DNA of 55,612 nt from Chromera velia (GCA_018398765.1 JAHBMJ010000132.1:1-55612), one strand, 5' to 3'; numbered from the stretch's first letter, positions 35,560 to 50,572 are shown. The notes: generated by a model not told the origin, from the letters alone. Numbers and translations are program-made.

Positions 35560-36245
35560 GTTATAGTGCTGCAGCACTGCATAGCTGTCCCACTGTGTTT
35601 TATGCTTCATAATTCTTCACAACAAATAAAAAATTAAATGTATCCTTTAGTAAAGGTTTTGCAGATTGTTTCTTACTTTTTTATCATTTGTCCTCACTTT
35701 TTTGACCCCCTGTGCTCATGATTAGAGCCTTATTGCTTCTGAACGCTTTGTAAGGTAGCTAAAGGTAGCATAGTCCCTCTCATGCCCGTGTTGTTTTTGA
35801 GGGCTTTGTGTAGATCGGCTCCCCATGGGCCGCGCCATGCAGGCTCCGCGTGGTCAGCCAGCCGGCCGGCCCCGGCCCTGGGCCCGTTCGAAAGTACAGA
35901 TAGCTACCAGCATCTACCAGCTATATATTTCTGCAACGTACATACACGCACTATACACGCACTCGTGGAAAATGCAATCATCACCTGGCACCTGCTCATG
36001 TTACAACTCTTACATTTGACAGTACCACAGTGTAGGAGAAGCTCGTCGAATCCTGTGCCGGCCCCCAGACAAACAAAACAGAAAGATTCGTGGAGACGGA
36101 ATGCATACATGTACGGAAATCTCTATACCGTCGCATCTATGTACATATGTGTCTCCCTCTTTTTCATGAGTGAAGTTCAGGGTTGAAAAGCGCTTTCCTA
36201 GGCACCTCTCTTTCGGTGCACCTGACAAGGGGGTGAGAAACCAGA

Positions 36246-38174
36246 ATGCCGGCACTCCTGCTCCGTTGTCCCCCTCACGGACAGACCGGAGGGGGGGGGT
36301 TCGATCGCATTGCCGTCTCCTCTCTTCTGAGGCTCTCTCCAGTGGATCCGAAGGGCAAAAATGCGCACATCGAGGATGGATGGAAGTGGTCCCAGAAGGT
36401 AGGCTGTCATTGTTCGTTGAAGAATGTCTGCGGCCTGTTGATAGACGTGCAGCTACATACCCAATCGTTCCTGCAGGCCGTCTCCCGTCTCCTCCCAGCC
36501 CCTCCTTTCCTCATGCACCCGAATGATCCGTCTATCCAGCAGCAATCGAGCATCTTCTGGCGGCCTGCACGGATGAATGTCTTCTTTTTGTAATCTACCC
36601 ATTTGTCATTTCATCCAGTGGACTTGGCTCCCTTTGCGTAATTTCGTTGCTCTGTCACCGCATTCATCCCTTAATTCGTTTCTTCTCTCTCTCTCTCTTC
36701 TTTGTCCGCAGAGGACGCACATCATCACGAACTACTACCGCTTCCACAAAAACGTCGGGAAGGGATTCTGGAGTAGGTACAGAGAGAGGTACGTGAAGCC
36801 GACGGACATCGAGAACAGACTGCCGATCTACTTTCCCAACACCCCCAGATTCGAGGAGGCCAAAATGGCTCATCAGTGGAAGTGGAAACTGCCGAAGAGG
36901 ATCGCGATGGCAACAGACGCCAACGGAGTCCTGGAGGCCTGGAACTTCTACAGACACAAGAGACGGAAGAAACCCTTCCACTTCCTCCTCGCACTCAAGA
37001 GACTCGTCCAAGTGGGAAGCGTTGACCCAACGGACTTCAGATTCCGTCTCATTGCAGGTGTGGAAGAGGGGGGGGNNNNNNNNNNNNNNNNNNNNNNNNN
37101 NNNNNNNNNNNNNNNNNNNNNNNNNNNNNNNNNNNNNNNNNNNNNNNNNNNNNNNNNNNNNNNNNNNNNNNNNNNNNNNNNNNNNNNNNNNNNNNNNNNN
37201 NNNNNNNNNNNNNNNNNNNNNNNNNNNNNNNNNNNNNNNNNNNNNNNNNNNNNNNNNNNNNNNNNNNNNNNNNNNNNNNNNNNNNNNNNNNNNNNNNNNN
37301 NNNNNNNNNNNNNNNNNNNNNNNNNNNNNNNNNNNNNNNNNNNNNNNNNNNNNNNNNNNNNNNNNNNNNNNNNNNNNNNNNNNNNNNNNNNNNNNNNNNN
37401 NNNNNNNNNNNNNNNNGGGGGGGGGGGGGGAGGGGGCTGCCCGATGCGTTGATAGGCGGTGGGAATTTGCACACGGATGTGATGGAGTTATATGATGTGC
37501 TTGGTTTCCGTGTTAGGGGGGCGGCTGAAAGGGGGTCGTCGGGTGTGTGCGGGCGACGTCGTCGCAGTAAGAGGGGTGAAGCTTGTGTGTAGAATTTGGA
37601 GAATTTGGAGGTGAGATCTGGGAGTCTGCCTGTCTGTCTGACGGATTGAAGCTGAATTGATGGAAAGTTTTTGGAGTTTCCGGCGCCGTGCACCCAACAA
37701 GGCGCCACGAGGATACAATCATCACCCCTTTTTTATCATCCGGCAGATGCCATACCCCCCATTTTTGTGATACATCATGTGCTCTATCACTACACGCTGA
37801 TGGCATGTACGCTGTATTCATATATGCTGCAGGGAAGCTGTGGAAAGGGCAGAGAAGACGGATGATCAATCTCCCCAGGGCAGCGCTCCTGCTTGCACGA
37901 CTGAAGGCCACAGCAGACCTGTTCAAACTCTCCAAACACTTCCACAAAAGGATAGAGAGATACAGTCCCAGGCAACTTGGCATGATCTGTTACAGCATGG
38001 GCTCAAGAGGAATTCACGACAAACACCTGTTCAACAGAATTGCTGCCAGGTCGGCTCGATTATTTTATTCGGCTGCATGCTCGTCTTCCTGTCTATCTCT
38101 TTGTCTGCCTGCCTGTATGCTAGGGAACGAGAAACAGAGAAGACAGACGTATATGGCTTCCCTGTTTGTCTGTG

Positions 38175-38219
<45 letters not shown>

Positions 38220-38563
38220 GCCTGCCTGCCTGCCTGCCTGCCTGTCTGCCTGCCTGCCTGTCTGTCTGTCTGCCTGTCTGTCTGCCTGTTTGTCTGCCTG
38301 TCCGTAAGCCTGCACTGGGCAAGGAAGGGCCGCAAGGTACGCTCAAGGCCTGGAACTCTGGTACCCTTCCACTGAGAGCGCGCGCCAAAAGAAGAAAGAA
38401 AAAAACAGAAGAGAATGAATAAAGAGAAAAAGAGGAAGAAAAGACGATATTAATATAGTCCGTCTGTCTATCTATCTGTCTATCTGTCTGTCTGCATGTC
38501 ATGTACATGAAGAAAAGAAGGGAGAAGAAGAAACATTTAGTCAGTCTGCCTGCCTGTCTGTCC

Positions 38564-38603
<40 letters not shown>

Positions 38604-39392
38604 CCCTGTCTGTCTGTGCAGGTTCATGATGATGGTGAGCGACGAGGAGCCCTCCGTTCTCCTGAACCCGAACCCGGAGTTCCACACAGTCGCTGTGCGG
38701 GACCTTCTGAACGTCACAGAAGCCTTCGCGGTCTGCCAAGTGCACCACTACCCCCTGTTCGGGGCCGTCTCTCTCTGCCTGCAGAGACGCCTGGCGGCAG
38801 TCACAGAGACAGAGTCTGCACCTCCCCTTGTGGGCGCATACGAACCGCAGCTGATCCCGAACCTCCCCCAGCTCGCACTGTTCGGTGCGTTGCATATGCG
38901 TCTGTTCGCATTTGTATAGAGCATGCTCGTGGCTGCTCCCTCCCTCCTTCCCTTCCTTGCTACCTACGTGCCTTCCTACCCACCTGCCTATCTACCTACC
39001 AACCAAAAAGAGCGTCTAGAAAAAGCCTCGATGTGGAAACACGAGAAGCCTTTGAACGCGGCGTTCCAGCAGGAGTAGTCATTTGGACTGGCTGTGAACG
39101 CGGAGTTCAATACTTTCATTTATGTCAAATCAAATGGCTTGGACAGTGTTCTTTTGATGCATCCCAAAAACCTTGCTCTTCTTGTTTTCCTGTCTGCATG
39201 TCATGCAGCGACTGCCTTTGCCAAGGCGAAATTTCGCGACTTTTCGTTCTTCGACGTCTGCTCGGCACAGCTGCAGCACGCACTGCGGGGGGGGAGTTGG
39301 GATGACGGGGACGTGAGACAACAACGTGAGTGCTTGTGTGTATGTATGTGTGTATGTATGTGTGTGTGTGCATGTATGTATGTATGTATGTA

Positions 39393-39428
<36 letters not shown>

Positions 39429-41552
39429 GAGAAGAATGAGCCAGAGAAAAGACGGTGAAGTGTCTGAGGTTGCGCTTCCGTGTGTTTCTCTCTGAACGTG
39501 GAGTGAGTCCGTGTGTCAAAACGGGGGGCAGCAGAGCGGCTGGGCAGTGTGGAGGGGACGCTTCTGTGGTCATGACATTTCTACAGATGGGAGAAGGGAA
39601 GGGAAGGGATGGGAAGGGGAGGGGAAGGGAGGGAAGAAGAGAGAAGCACGGAAGCCGCAAGCCAGGAAGATGAGCAAGAATTGGCCCCTGAGTGGTCCTT
39701 CAGGCAGACTTGCGAGGTTGGAGGGGAAGTTGTGTGGCAGGCAGACGGCGCTCAGTTTCTTTTCTTTGTTTTGGAGACAGAGGAACGTCATGCAATTCCG
39801 TGAATCTGCTCTGCTCTCCCTGTTGCCACTTTTCTGTGTCTGCCCTTCATAATCCCCGACTGCACCTTCTCTCTCTGCGTATGCAGCCCACGTGAGTCCG
39901 CACGTGGTGGCACAGGTAGCGCTCGCTTTCGACAAGTGTAAAATAGTTGACCCATTCCTTCTTGAGACGGTCTGTCTGTCTGTCTGTCTATGTTCTTCTC
40001 GCCGACTTGTTCGGGGTATCTTTTCCGTTCTCTTTTGGTCGTTCTGTCTACTATGTATTGATATCTTCTGCTGTCTCTTTGTGGGACACATGGTTTCGTT
40101 CGAGCGTTGACTGAAAACGGAGAACAGAAAAAGTCAGAAGGAGAGACGAGACAGTCGTCCCCCCCCTCTGGATATTCGTCTGCAGTCTGTCTTTTTGGAA
40201 AAAGAGAAGAAGCAGTCTGTGTGACCGACTGCCTGCAGATTCTCTCTCACATGAGGAAATTCATTTTTGACTACAGACCTTCAGAGTCAGTGCACTGGGA
40301 GGGATGAAGTGGGGGTAAGAGGGAGGAAGCAGGAGGGGTTTGCTTCCCTGTGAATTGAGCTGCAGGTAGGTGACGAGAAGGCAAAGGAAGGCCCTTTCTT
40401 CTGGATGCAGGATGGACATGCAGACTTTCTCTCCGATCTCTTTCCTTTTTTCGAGACTACCACTGGTTCCGCTGATGTATCTGTGCTTTTCCCTGCATGT
40501 CTCTCGGAAACGGGTGTTCCCTTCTGTATGGTCCGTTTGCGTCTCCGCAGCGTCGCGGCAATCGCATCCGTAGCAGCTCGAAGCCTCCCACCCACTTTGC
40601 CGCATTTGTGGAAGGTTGGTTGACTAGTGGGCTGAAGGGGAAATTGAGATGGGGGAGGTGAAGTCCCTCTTTGTCTGCCAGCATTCTCCCTTATCAAGCA
40701 CTTCTTTCTCTGCCATTTCTTCTTCTGTGTCCGTGCTTCTTGAGGTAGTGACCTTGAGAAACTCTGGGCTGGATGAGAGACTCGGCACTTTATCTGCTCA
40801 TTGATTGATGGGTGGATGGAACGACGGAACGAACCCATCGATCGAGCTGCTGCATGCGCTGAGTGAGTGATTCATTGATCGGACGATTGAGTGAGTGAAT
40901 GAATGAATGAGTGAGTGAGTGAGTGAATGAATGAGTGAATGAGTGAGTGAGTGAATGAATGAGTGAGTGAGTGAGTGTGAATGAGTGAATGAGTGAATGA
41001 GTGAGTGAGTGAGTGAGTGAATGAATGAGTGAGTGAGTGAATGAGTGAGTGAGTGAATGAGTGAGTGAGTGAGTGAATGAATGAGTGAATGAGTGAGTGA
41101 GTGAATGAGTGAGTGAGTGAGTGAATGAGTGAGTGAGTGAGTGAGTGAGTGAATGAGTGAGTGAGTGAATGAATAAAAGAGTGAGTGAATGAGTGAGTGA
41201 GTGAGTGAGTGAATGAATGAGTGAATGAGTGAGTGAGTGAATGAGTGAGTGAGTGAATGAGTGAGTGAGTGAGTGAGTGAGTGAATGAGCGAGTGAGTGA
41301 ATGAGTGAGTGAGTGAGTGAGTGAGTGAATGAATGAGTGAGTGAGTGAGTGAATGAGTGAGTGAGTGAATGAATGAGTGAGTGAGTGAATGAGTGAGTGA
41401 GTGAGTGAGTGAGTGAGTGCAGACCCACTTGGAGATTGCAGACTTTCTCGAGGACCACGCAGACATCCTCTCGTTGGATGCGGTGAGTCTGTCAGTCTCG
41501 CTGGATTTTTCTCTCTCTCAGTTCGGTTTTTCTTCCTTTTGTTCTTTCCTTG

Positions 41553-41611
<59 letters not shown>

Positions 41612-43876
41612 CGCGCGCTCTCTCTCTCTCTCTGTCTGTCTGTCTGTCTGTCTCTATATTTCTTTGTGTACCAGTCTATCCTGTTCCCTTCTTATTATTA
41701 TTAGTAGTAGCAGTATTATTATTATTCTTTTTCTTCTTCTTCTTCTTCTTCTTCTTCTTCAATTGTTCAGGTCGAAAGGGCGGCCACTTTCGCTCTGGCG
41801 GCAGCGTACATGAAGCGTTTGCATAGATGGCAATCCCCCCAAGAGAGGGAGAGGTTGGCATCAGAAAAGGACAAAAAGGAGCAGACGGACTCGTCCGAAG
41901 ATTTCCACCAGATCTCTGGAGGGGAAGAAGAAGAAGCAGTGGAAGCGAGGTCGTTAGAAGAGTGCGAAGAAGGGTCATCTGGAACTTTGACGTCGTCCTC
42001 TTCCCCTTCATCTGGCGAGAGTGCGTCACTTGAAGGCAGTGAGGGCAAGGGCTCAAAAGAATCGGCAGAGACGGAGACGGTGAATGTGGAAGTGGGCAGT
42101 GAACACGGAGAGCATTCTTCTGCATCTGCAGCATCGCTAAAGGAAGACGGGGAGGAGGGCAGCGTGTCGGGAGCGGAAGATCTTCAGGGAGACGAAAAGG
42201 AAAAGGGACTGGAAGAAGAATTGAGTGAAGAGGATGTTGAAGAGAGAGACTGTCTGACGGAAGTGGAGACTTCTCCCTCTTCGTCCATTTCCTCTGCCTC
42301 TTCCAGTTCCTCTTTTGGAGTGATGAGAGAGAGGGCAGGGGAAGGTGCAGAGGAGAGGCTGCAAAGAAAGGTGGTGGCATTACTCAAAAGACGCAGACGA
42401 ATGGAACCTCTGGTCGAGGTTTGTTCGATTTTTGTTTTCCTTCTTTTGTTCTGTTCCTCAGAAGTCGCTCTGTCTTTCTCTTGTAACGATCCGAAGATCT
42501 GGTTTGATTTCATGACCCTTCCCTCCCTTTTCTATCTATGTGTGGGGACTGAAAGGTGGTCATGGTCAGATTCAAAACTCCACTTTTAGTCCTTTCCCTT
42601 TTTGTGTGTGTGTTTTGTTTGTCTGTATGTGTACCTGCTTCCGCCCTTCATGCCTTAATTCCCTCCAGGCCCTCTCTCGTCGCGTCGTGGCTCTCCGGAA
42701 CGACGGCAGGACTGTCTACGATGTCCCGAAGGTCCTCGAGACGCTGTGCAGGTTCAACCTTTCTTCAGGCTCCTGCACGGACTCGTTTGAGGTCCTCTGC
42801 AAGCACATACACAGGTCGGGGGTCGGGGGAAAACAAACGGGCTGGTTGATCAAAGAGTCATGAGTGGAATTGGGGATTTGCGCCTCTAGGTGATGAATGA
42901 TGGAATCTCCTTCGTGCTATACTGTGTTGGAAGGTAGATAGATGGGAAGACGAGAACAGAGGAAAGTCGGAAACTCTACACACGGCCCAATTTTATTGGA
43001 GCACATGTGTCTGTGTGGCAAAGAGAGCATGCCCAGATATGTCTGTCTCTTGTGTGCTATGCGTGCAGGCACTTGGACTCTTTCGAGCCCCACGACTTTG
43101 CTCGTGCTGCACGTGCGATGGTCTGGCGGTTATTTTCTCTTTTGTGTATCCCTCTCTCCGTTTGTTTTCACTTGCACAACGTGTATTTGTCTCTTTGATT
43201 CTTGTGCCGTCTCTTCTGCCTTTTGTTTTCTTTCTCAGTTTCACTTCGCATCCTATTCTTAACCAGTCGAAGTCTCTCTGCTTTTCCTTGCCCCTTTCGT
43301 CCTCTACCCTTTCCGTCCATTCTCTGGGTTCGCTTCTATTGCACGAATTTGTATCCGAATCCGTGAAGTTGTGTGTGGCGTTTTGCTCTCCTCGCTCCCC
43401 TCTCCTGCATGTCTATCTGTGCGTCTCTGGTAGCTGAAAGATAGAAGACGAACTCTGAGGGAGGGCTCGTACAGACAGACAAAAGCGTGCTCTGTAATTT
43501 GTCTCTTTGTTCGCATCTTGATCCATTCTCTCGCCTGCCTGGTTGTCTGGCTCAAATTCTGCATGCAGAATAAGGTTGCTTCAAAGCATGGCTATGTGAA
43601 TGAGAAGGCAGGGAACGCATTGGTGCGACACGTCAGCAAACGGTGCGATGAGTTTGGAGGTACGTCTGTCCGGAAGCATTTATACATTCAATGATCCTTT
43701 CCTTCCGCCCTCTTCTTTGTGCCTTGCTTCCTTCCTTCTTCTGTTTGTTTTTCTCGCTCCCTCCTGTTGAACACGCCTGCTTTCTTTTGTGTAACACTCA
43801 CATCGTTCCTCGTCTGGTGTCTTCATCCGGCGTGCAAGAGCATGTTCTTTCTTTCTTCCTGTTTTTCTTTCTCTCC

Positions 43877-43907
<31 letters not shown>

Positions 43908-43921
43908 TGTGTGTCTGTGTC

Positions 43922-44006
<85 letters not shown>

Positions 44007-44027
44007 CTCGCTCTCTGTCTGTCTGTC

Positions 44028-44067
<40 letters not shown>

Positions 44068-44718
44068 CGAATGAATGAAGATGACGACCTCTGGAGTTTC
44101 ATCAAACACATGAAGCCGCTCGGCGTCTCCGAGAGGGATTTGCGCCGTCTAAACGGGAAGGCCTGGGCCCAGAAACAGCAGAAGCTGCAGCAACAAACAC
44201 GGTCAGTCAACTGCCTTCGCGGATTGGTATATGAATGACTTTTATGCTTTCTGACTTGCGTCTGCTCTATTTCATTGTTGCAACAGAGGTCGAAAAACAA
44301 ACATAAGAAACTGCCGATAGTGCAATAAAGTCGCAGGCCTATCTGCAAGTGCGCATGGAGAGCGGTCCCCTTCACTCATCCGAGAGTGAGTCCAGGTGCG
44401 CCTAGCTTTTGTTGCTCCCTGTCCCCAGAATAATGGCTCGGCCCTGGCTGTACCCGCGTCGATCGTTTGAATCCCGCGTCGATTCACTCTCTTCTCCTCT
44501 ACTGCAGATTTGACGTCCAACTGGAAAGCATGGAGCCGGGAGGGGAGGAACCTGTTGACGTTCCTAGCCAGCCCATCGGAATTGACCGGAAGAGGAAAAA
44601 TGTCGCTCGGGAATTTGAAACGACCACGGAACCCTCCGCGAAGGGTGCGGGACCTCCCCTTCCAGGCTTGCAGAGATCCATATACATGCCAGAGCCTCCA
44701 CCGAAGTGGTACGGCTAG
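36246..44718 (+). CDS. Helical-repeat (heptatricopeptide/octotricopeptide, FASTK-like) RNA-binding protein, probably organelle-targeted; ~15 exons, ~872 aa
   Basis: Exons 36246-36398, 36712-37057, 37833-38049, 38622-38884, 39209-39325, 39887-39969, 40239-40285, 40551-40614, 41423-41482, 41771-42418, 42669-42814, 43069-43120, 43569-43659, 44081-44201, 44508-44718 are phase-consistent; intron 2 spans an N gap. Repeats such as YSPRQLGMICYSMGSRGIHDKHLFNRIA, VRDLLNVTEAFAVCQVHHYPLFGAV, SPHVVAQVALAFDKCKIVDPFLLETI and FEPHDFARAARAM match the P-x-x-L-x-x-x-x-x-A-F-A..D..LF pattern. Confidence 0.72.
37076..37416. other. Assembly gap flanked by poly-G (other gaps at 35054-35074 and 50499-50509)
   Basis: N runs in the sequence. 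Confidence 0.99.
40860..41418. repeat. Compound (GAGT/GAAT)n microsatellite, ~560 bp, intronic
   Basis: Read directly; source of the spurious SLTH-repeat ORFs. Confidence 0.95.
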
Positions 44719-45154
44719 AGTCTTCTCGATCAGTGGGACCTGCAAGTGGTGTTTAGTTCAGTTCGCAAATCTTCGATCCAAGAAAATTAAGAGAATATAG
44801 TATTTTATATTATCAAACTTTGTATGCATAATGATCAGGCAAACAGAAAGATGAACCTCTGCGTGCATGACAGTTAGGCGTAGAGTTAGGCAAGCAAACA
44901 GCTACAACTTTGAGAAATTAATAAAATCTTTACAAAAGTATCCTAGGAAGTATCATTATTGTTTACTAGATTGTTTAGGATAGGCTCAAAGAGGTTATCT
45001 ACTTTTTTAGTATAAAGCTTTCAATCATTCTGTCTAAGGATAGGATAGGATAGGATTTATATTTTGATTACCCCACTAAAAATAAAAAAATGTTAAGGCT
45101 GGTTTGTGTCAGTCACGGTGTGTTTTTATAATGCAGGGCCTGTAATTTTAATTT

Positions 45155-45657
45155 CAGGGTATCCAATTAGGTTAGGTTAGGTTAGGAGGCTTAGGTTAAG
45201 GTTAGTTTAGGTTTTAGGTTAGGTTTAGGTTAGAAACCTACTCAGAGGATTATGGACAACACAGACTAAAAAATAAAGTTTACAAGGTGTAAATTACACC
45301 TGTAAAAATGATGTTTTTCATTTAAAAATTGACTTTCACACCGGTAAAAATCAACTTTTTGAATGTCATGTTGGATCAAGCTTTTGAATACCATTTTTCA
45401 ATCAAAAACAACACAAAATGAACACACTTAAAAAAATTTTCTTTCATTAAAAAAGTGATTTATGTATCTTCACTTAATATAACGCTGTAAAAATATATAT
45501 ATAATTATGATATCACTTAGCATGATCATATTTCATACCTGTATAAGAATCGTATCCTTGTAATTTAGGTTAGTAACCTAACTTAGGTTTTTTTGACTTC
45601 AAGGTTAGGTTAGGTTAAGTTAGGTTAGGTTAGGTTAAAACCTAATTAGATACCCTG
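45155..45657. mobile_element. hAT-type MITE with (TTAGG)n subterminal arrays, 503 bp
   Basis: 19-bp TIR cagggtatccaattaggtt / aacctaattagataccctg (1 mismatch); perfect 8-bp TSD tttaattt at 45147-45154 and 45658-45665. Confidence 0.88.
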
Positions 45658-45983
45658 TTTAATTTAAACTTGAAAAAGTTTTATATTTACTTTTCTAATA
45701 GTAAATCTAACTTCACCTTCTAGTCTATTTGGTATCGAATGCATAACACTGTAAATCTATAGAATGTTTCCTGGAATGTTTCATTTTTATTTTGATTTTT
45801 ATTGATGTCTATATTGGGGGGACATTGACTTAAAGTTTGTTCCTAGCGTCTGGCCTATACGTCTTTCATCTCTTCCTTCTGTCCTGGTTACTGCTCTCGC
45901 TACTAGCTCTCTCTCTCATGCGACCTCATACTTGACGCTCCTCCATCTGAATGCCTTCTTCGGCATTTGCTAAGTACTTCCTA

Positions 45984-46690
<707 letters not shown>

Positions 46691-47129
46691 GTTCCATATT
46701 GATACATTTTTTTGTATTTTTTCAAAAATCAAATCAAAATTTAAAAAAGTCTATATGCAAAGAAAAAAATTATCTATGAAACATTAATACGATTCATTAT
46801 TCAAAATTTTTACTAATAATAAAGTTTTTAAGAATTACTAACAAATAAAATGTGATCAAATTCCAGTGTTGTATTAATTCATTTCAAAAATTCTAACATA
46901 CTGTGATACGTACACTAGTACGTACAGTCGATTTAAAAAAAGTAAGTCTAGAGAAATAATTTTTAAAAAGATCCAGGAGTTATTGTAAGCCTAAGCACTG
47001 GGGAAAGCAATTTAAACAAAACAAAGCTTGACACACACCACTTTCTGGCAAGTTTCTGCTGGGTTGTTGTCAACCGAATATGTAGAATTGCTATCAATCC
47101 ACTACATGGTCTCAGACTAGTGTATAGTA

Positions 47130-47968
47130 TTAACCAAAACCGAAACCCCCTCCCCGCACATTCCTCCCATCTCCAAAGCCAAAGGCGCTCCCGAAGGAGG
47201 AAGACGACGAACGAGAGCGGAACGAGGAGGCAGAATTTCTAGAGGTAAAGGGGGAATCAAACACGCCATCGTCTTTAGGGGAATCCGAAAAGTATTCTCG
47301 TTCTTCGTCTCTTCCAGTCACGCCGGTCGGCTTTCTCTGATCAGCAGGCAGCCCTGCAATCTCTGCCGCTACCTCCGCTTCCTCTTCCCCGCCTGCTTCA
47401 GGCATTCTCACCCGAAGAGGAATCTCAGGAAACAAAGCATCCACCGACGGCATCTCTGGAGGCTTCACAATCCCAGGCTCTGTGACGCTGCGGCCCGTCT
47501 CCCTGATGGTCTTCAGTCTCTGTATCTGCTCTGCGTTGTGCTTGTCCCTCCATTCTTTCTGCCTTCTCCACACTTCAGGGAAGAAGTCGGGCACCTGGGA
47601 GACCGAAGAGTCTAGAGGCACCTGGAGCATGTAGGGCTGACGAGGAGCCATCACTGCCCCTGCAAGATGATCGATGAACGGAATAAGAAAGAACAGTCAA
47701 AAGAAAAGAAAAGAAAAGAAACATTCGGGATCGAAGGAAACGGCACGCATTGCCTGCGGGGGCACGCATATGTCTCCTGGTCTACAATGAGAAAGGAGAT
47801 CAATCAACGGTCCTTCTGTCCACTTTCACTGTTTTCGAGGTCCTTTTCTCGTCTCTTCTCTTCCACACTGGTTGACTACCCTCTGTTCTTCTCCGTTTCT
47901 TCTCAAAGAGGCAAAAACAAAAGGGTTGCTTGCTCTCTCTGCTGTCTAGGGATAAATGTGTACGTGCC

Positions 47969-48024
<56 letters not shown>

Positions 48025-48169
48025 GTGTGCAGCGAACTTTCGTGAGTAGCTTCCACGTTTCAGAGAAGTAGACGAACAAATAGAAAGAAAGACAAACAGA
48101 ATGAGGGACATGTGAGGAGGCTGCCGGGCAAGTGGGCAGTCGGATAGGGGTGCAGGCGGGCAGGCAGGC

Positions 48170-48230
<61 letters not shown>

Positions 48231-48237
48231 GGCAGGC

Positions 48238-48280
<43 letters not shown>

Positions 48281-49315
48281 AAGGCAGAGGATCGGTCTTC
48301 TATTCCCGCCGACGCAGAAAAGCCGAACAAACAATCCAACATACTAAAACACACACACACGCAAAACAGCAGAAACACAGCCCTGCAGACGGAGAGGATG
48401 GTTTCTTTTCCTTCTGCATGGCGGCAATACGGTAAACAGACATGCATGGGTACAGACTGGGATGAAGACAACGAAGCAACCAGATCGACTTTAATTTTGA
48501 CAGACTCACACACAAGTCTGTGGATGCACTGCTTTTGTGGCCCTCTTCGTCCCTCTATTCCCCACGTGTTCTTCTTTCAAGAATTCATTTTTTTCTGATG
48601 GATCGCTTCACACAGCAGCACGTCTCTGTGACATCGAATTCTTATCGCTCATCGCGGTTTGTTGGTCTCTGCTTCGCAGACACAACAATGACAACACACC
48701 GCCCGTCCGTCTCTCTTGTGCGTTAAATCACACAAATGCCAGTACAAATGAATGTCCCCCCTGCATGGAACTACCCACCCGATCGAAGCAGCTCCAGCAC
48801 CTGCGCCTCCTGGTCAAAAGAGGGCAGCAGCGACGAGCCCCCCACTGCGGTTTCTGACAGTCCCAGCTTGCCGTTCAGAGAGGAGGGGTCGAAGGGTTCG
48901 TATGCGAAGCCCTCTCTGAAGGAGGGGTTGAAGTAGAGGGAACCGCCCTCGACCTTGAACGTCTCGTTGGGTCTTGGGGGAGGAACAAAGGGCGAAATAA
49001 GTCTTCGTGGCTGGCTGCCTTCCTTGCTCGTCTGTCCCTCAACATCGGAGAGGGAAGAAGGAGAGCCCCTGAAGAACGAGGAAGGGGAAGAATCGGAGTC
49101 AACCAGAGGACTCACCGCTGCATACAAAGCACATACATTCGTGTAGGGTGGACACCTAAGCGTATGACGCCTAATTTCAAGTTCAACGAGGCCGTCTTGC
49201 AGAGAGGAGAAGAACAAAATGATTGCCGAAGAGAACGACTGTTGCAGAGTGTTGCAAACAACACATGAAGCTGAGAAGACTCACCGAAAGCCGCAATGGC
49301 ACCAATGAGCCTCAT
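47130..49315 (-). CDS. Hypothetical protein with predicted signal peptide; 3 exons, ~299 aa
   Basis: Exons 49315-49285 (MRLIGAIAAF, donor GTGAGT), 49117-48779 and 47659-47130, joined by two phase-1 introns. N-terminus MRLIGAIAAFAVSPLVDS; Ser/Gly/Phe-rich C-terminus. No recognisable domain. Confidence 0.6.
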
Positions 49316-49803
49316 TAGGAATGAGAGGAGAACGAAGACTCCAAATTTCTCACAGCACAAATGCTACGTGATGTCGTCTGGATAGCATACAGGCACCAAA
49401 GCAGAGGGTGCAACACTGAGCGGTTCGATCTTCTGCATGCATGTGCCGATGCATGCAACACCCTGAGTTTATGTACATGCTGGTAAATCTTTCCGATTGA
49501 GAACTTCACGTGCAGCGCGAGATCAAACAGAATTGGCCTCTACGAGAGCATACAGAATAACAGACTGGAAGGGAACCGGCGTATGTGTAACAGTAACGTA
49601 CGCATTGCATGCTGATTGCTCTAAAGGTCACAGATCGAAGAGTCCTTTTGGATGCATAGTTACGTCGACCGCGACCGCGCGGGTGCATGGCCCCGGAAAG
49701 CGAAGCGGGGGGCACTTACAAAACAGAAATACCCCATCACAGCCCCTTCGAAGTCGGGAGAGGAGAGGTGAGAAGAGACTGTCACACTCCAGACCGTTTG
49801 CAT

Positions 49804-50572
49804 TGGATGAATGGATGAATGGATGGATGAATGGATGAATGGATGAATGAGTGAATGAATGAATGAATGGATGGATGGATGAATGGATGAATGAGTGGAA
49901 GGGTGAATGGATGAACGGATGAATGAATGAATGAATGAATGAACGAATGGATAGATGGATGAATGGATGAATGGATGAATGGACGAATGAATGAAAGGAT
50001 GAATGGATGGATGGACGAATGGATGAATGGACGAATGGATGGATGAATGAATGAAATTTTAAAATGAATGAATGAATGAATGGATGGATGCATGGATGAA
50101 CGGATGAATGGATGAATGAATGAACGAATGAATGAATGGATGGATGCATGGATGAACGGATGAATGGATGAATGAATGCGTGAATGAGAGAAAGAATGAA
50201 TGAATGAATGAATGGATGGATGGGTGGATGAATGGATGAATGAATGGAAGGGTGAATGGATGAATGAACGAATGAATGAATGAATAATGAATGAATGAAT
50301 GAATGAATGTATGAATGAGTGAATGGATGGATGAATGAATGAATGAATGAATGGATAGATGGATGAATGGATGAATGGATGAATGAATGAATGAATGAAT
50401 AATGAATGAATGAATGAATGAATGAATGCATGAATGGATGGATGAATGGATGAATAAATGAATGAATGAATGGATGGATGAATGGATGGATGAATGGANN
50501 NNNNNNNNNAATGAATGAATGAATGAATGAATGAATGCCCATTGAATGGATGGATGGATGGATGGATGGATG
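49804..50572. repeat. Compound (GAAT/GGAT)n microsatellite, ~770 bp, with a small N gap
   Basis: Read directly; source of the spurious HPFI/HSFI ORFs. Confidence 0.95.

Noticed and set aside
40790..41466. 222-aa SLTH-repeat ORFs (also 49628-50690 and the CVCV/LSLS/SQSV ORFs)
   Set aside because: Translations of tetra- and dinucleotide microsatellites, mostly intronic.
45167..45640. Telomere or chromosome end
   Set aside because: The TTAGG runs are short, internal and enclosed by a TIR and TSD, with genes on both sides.
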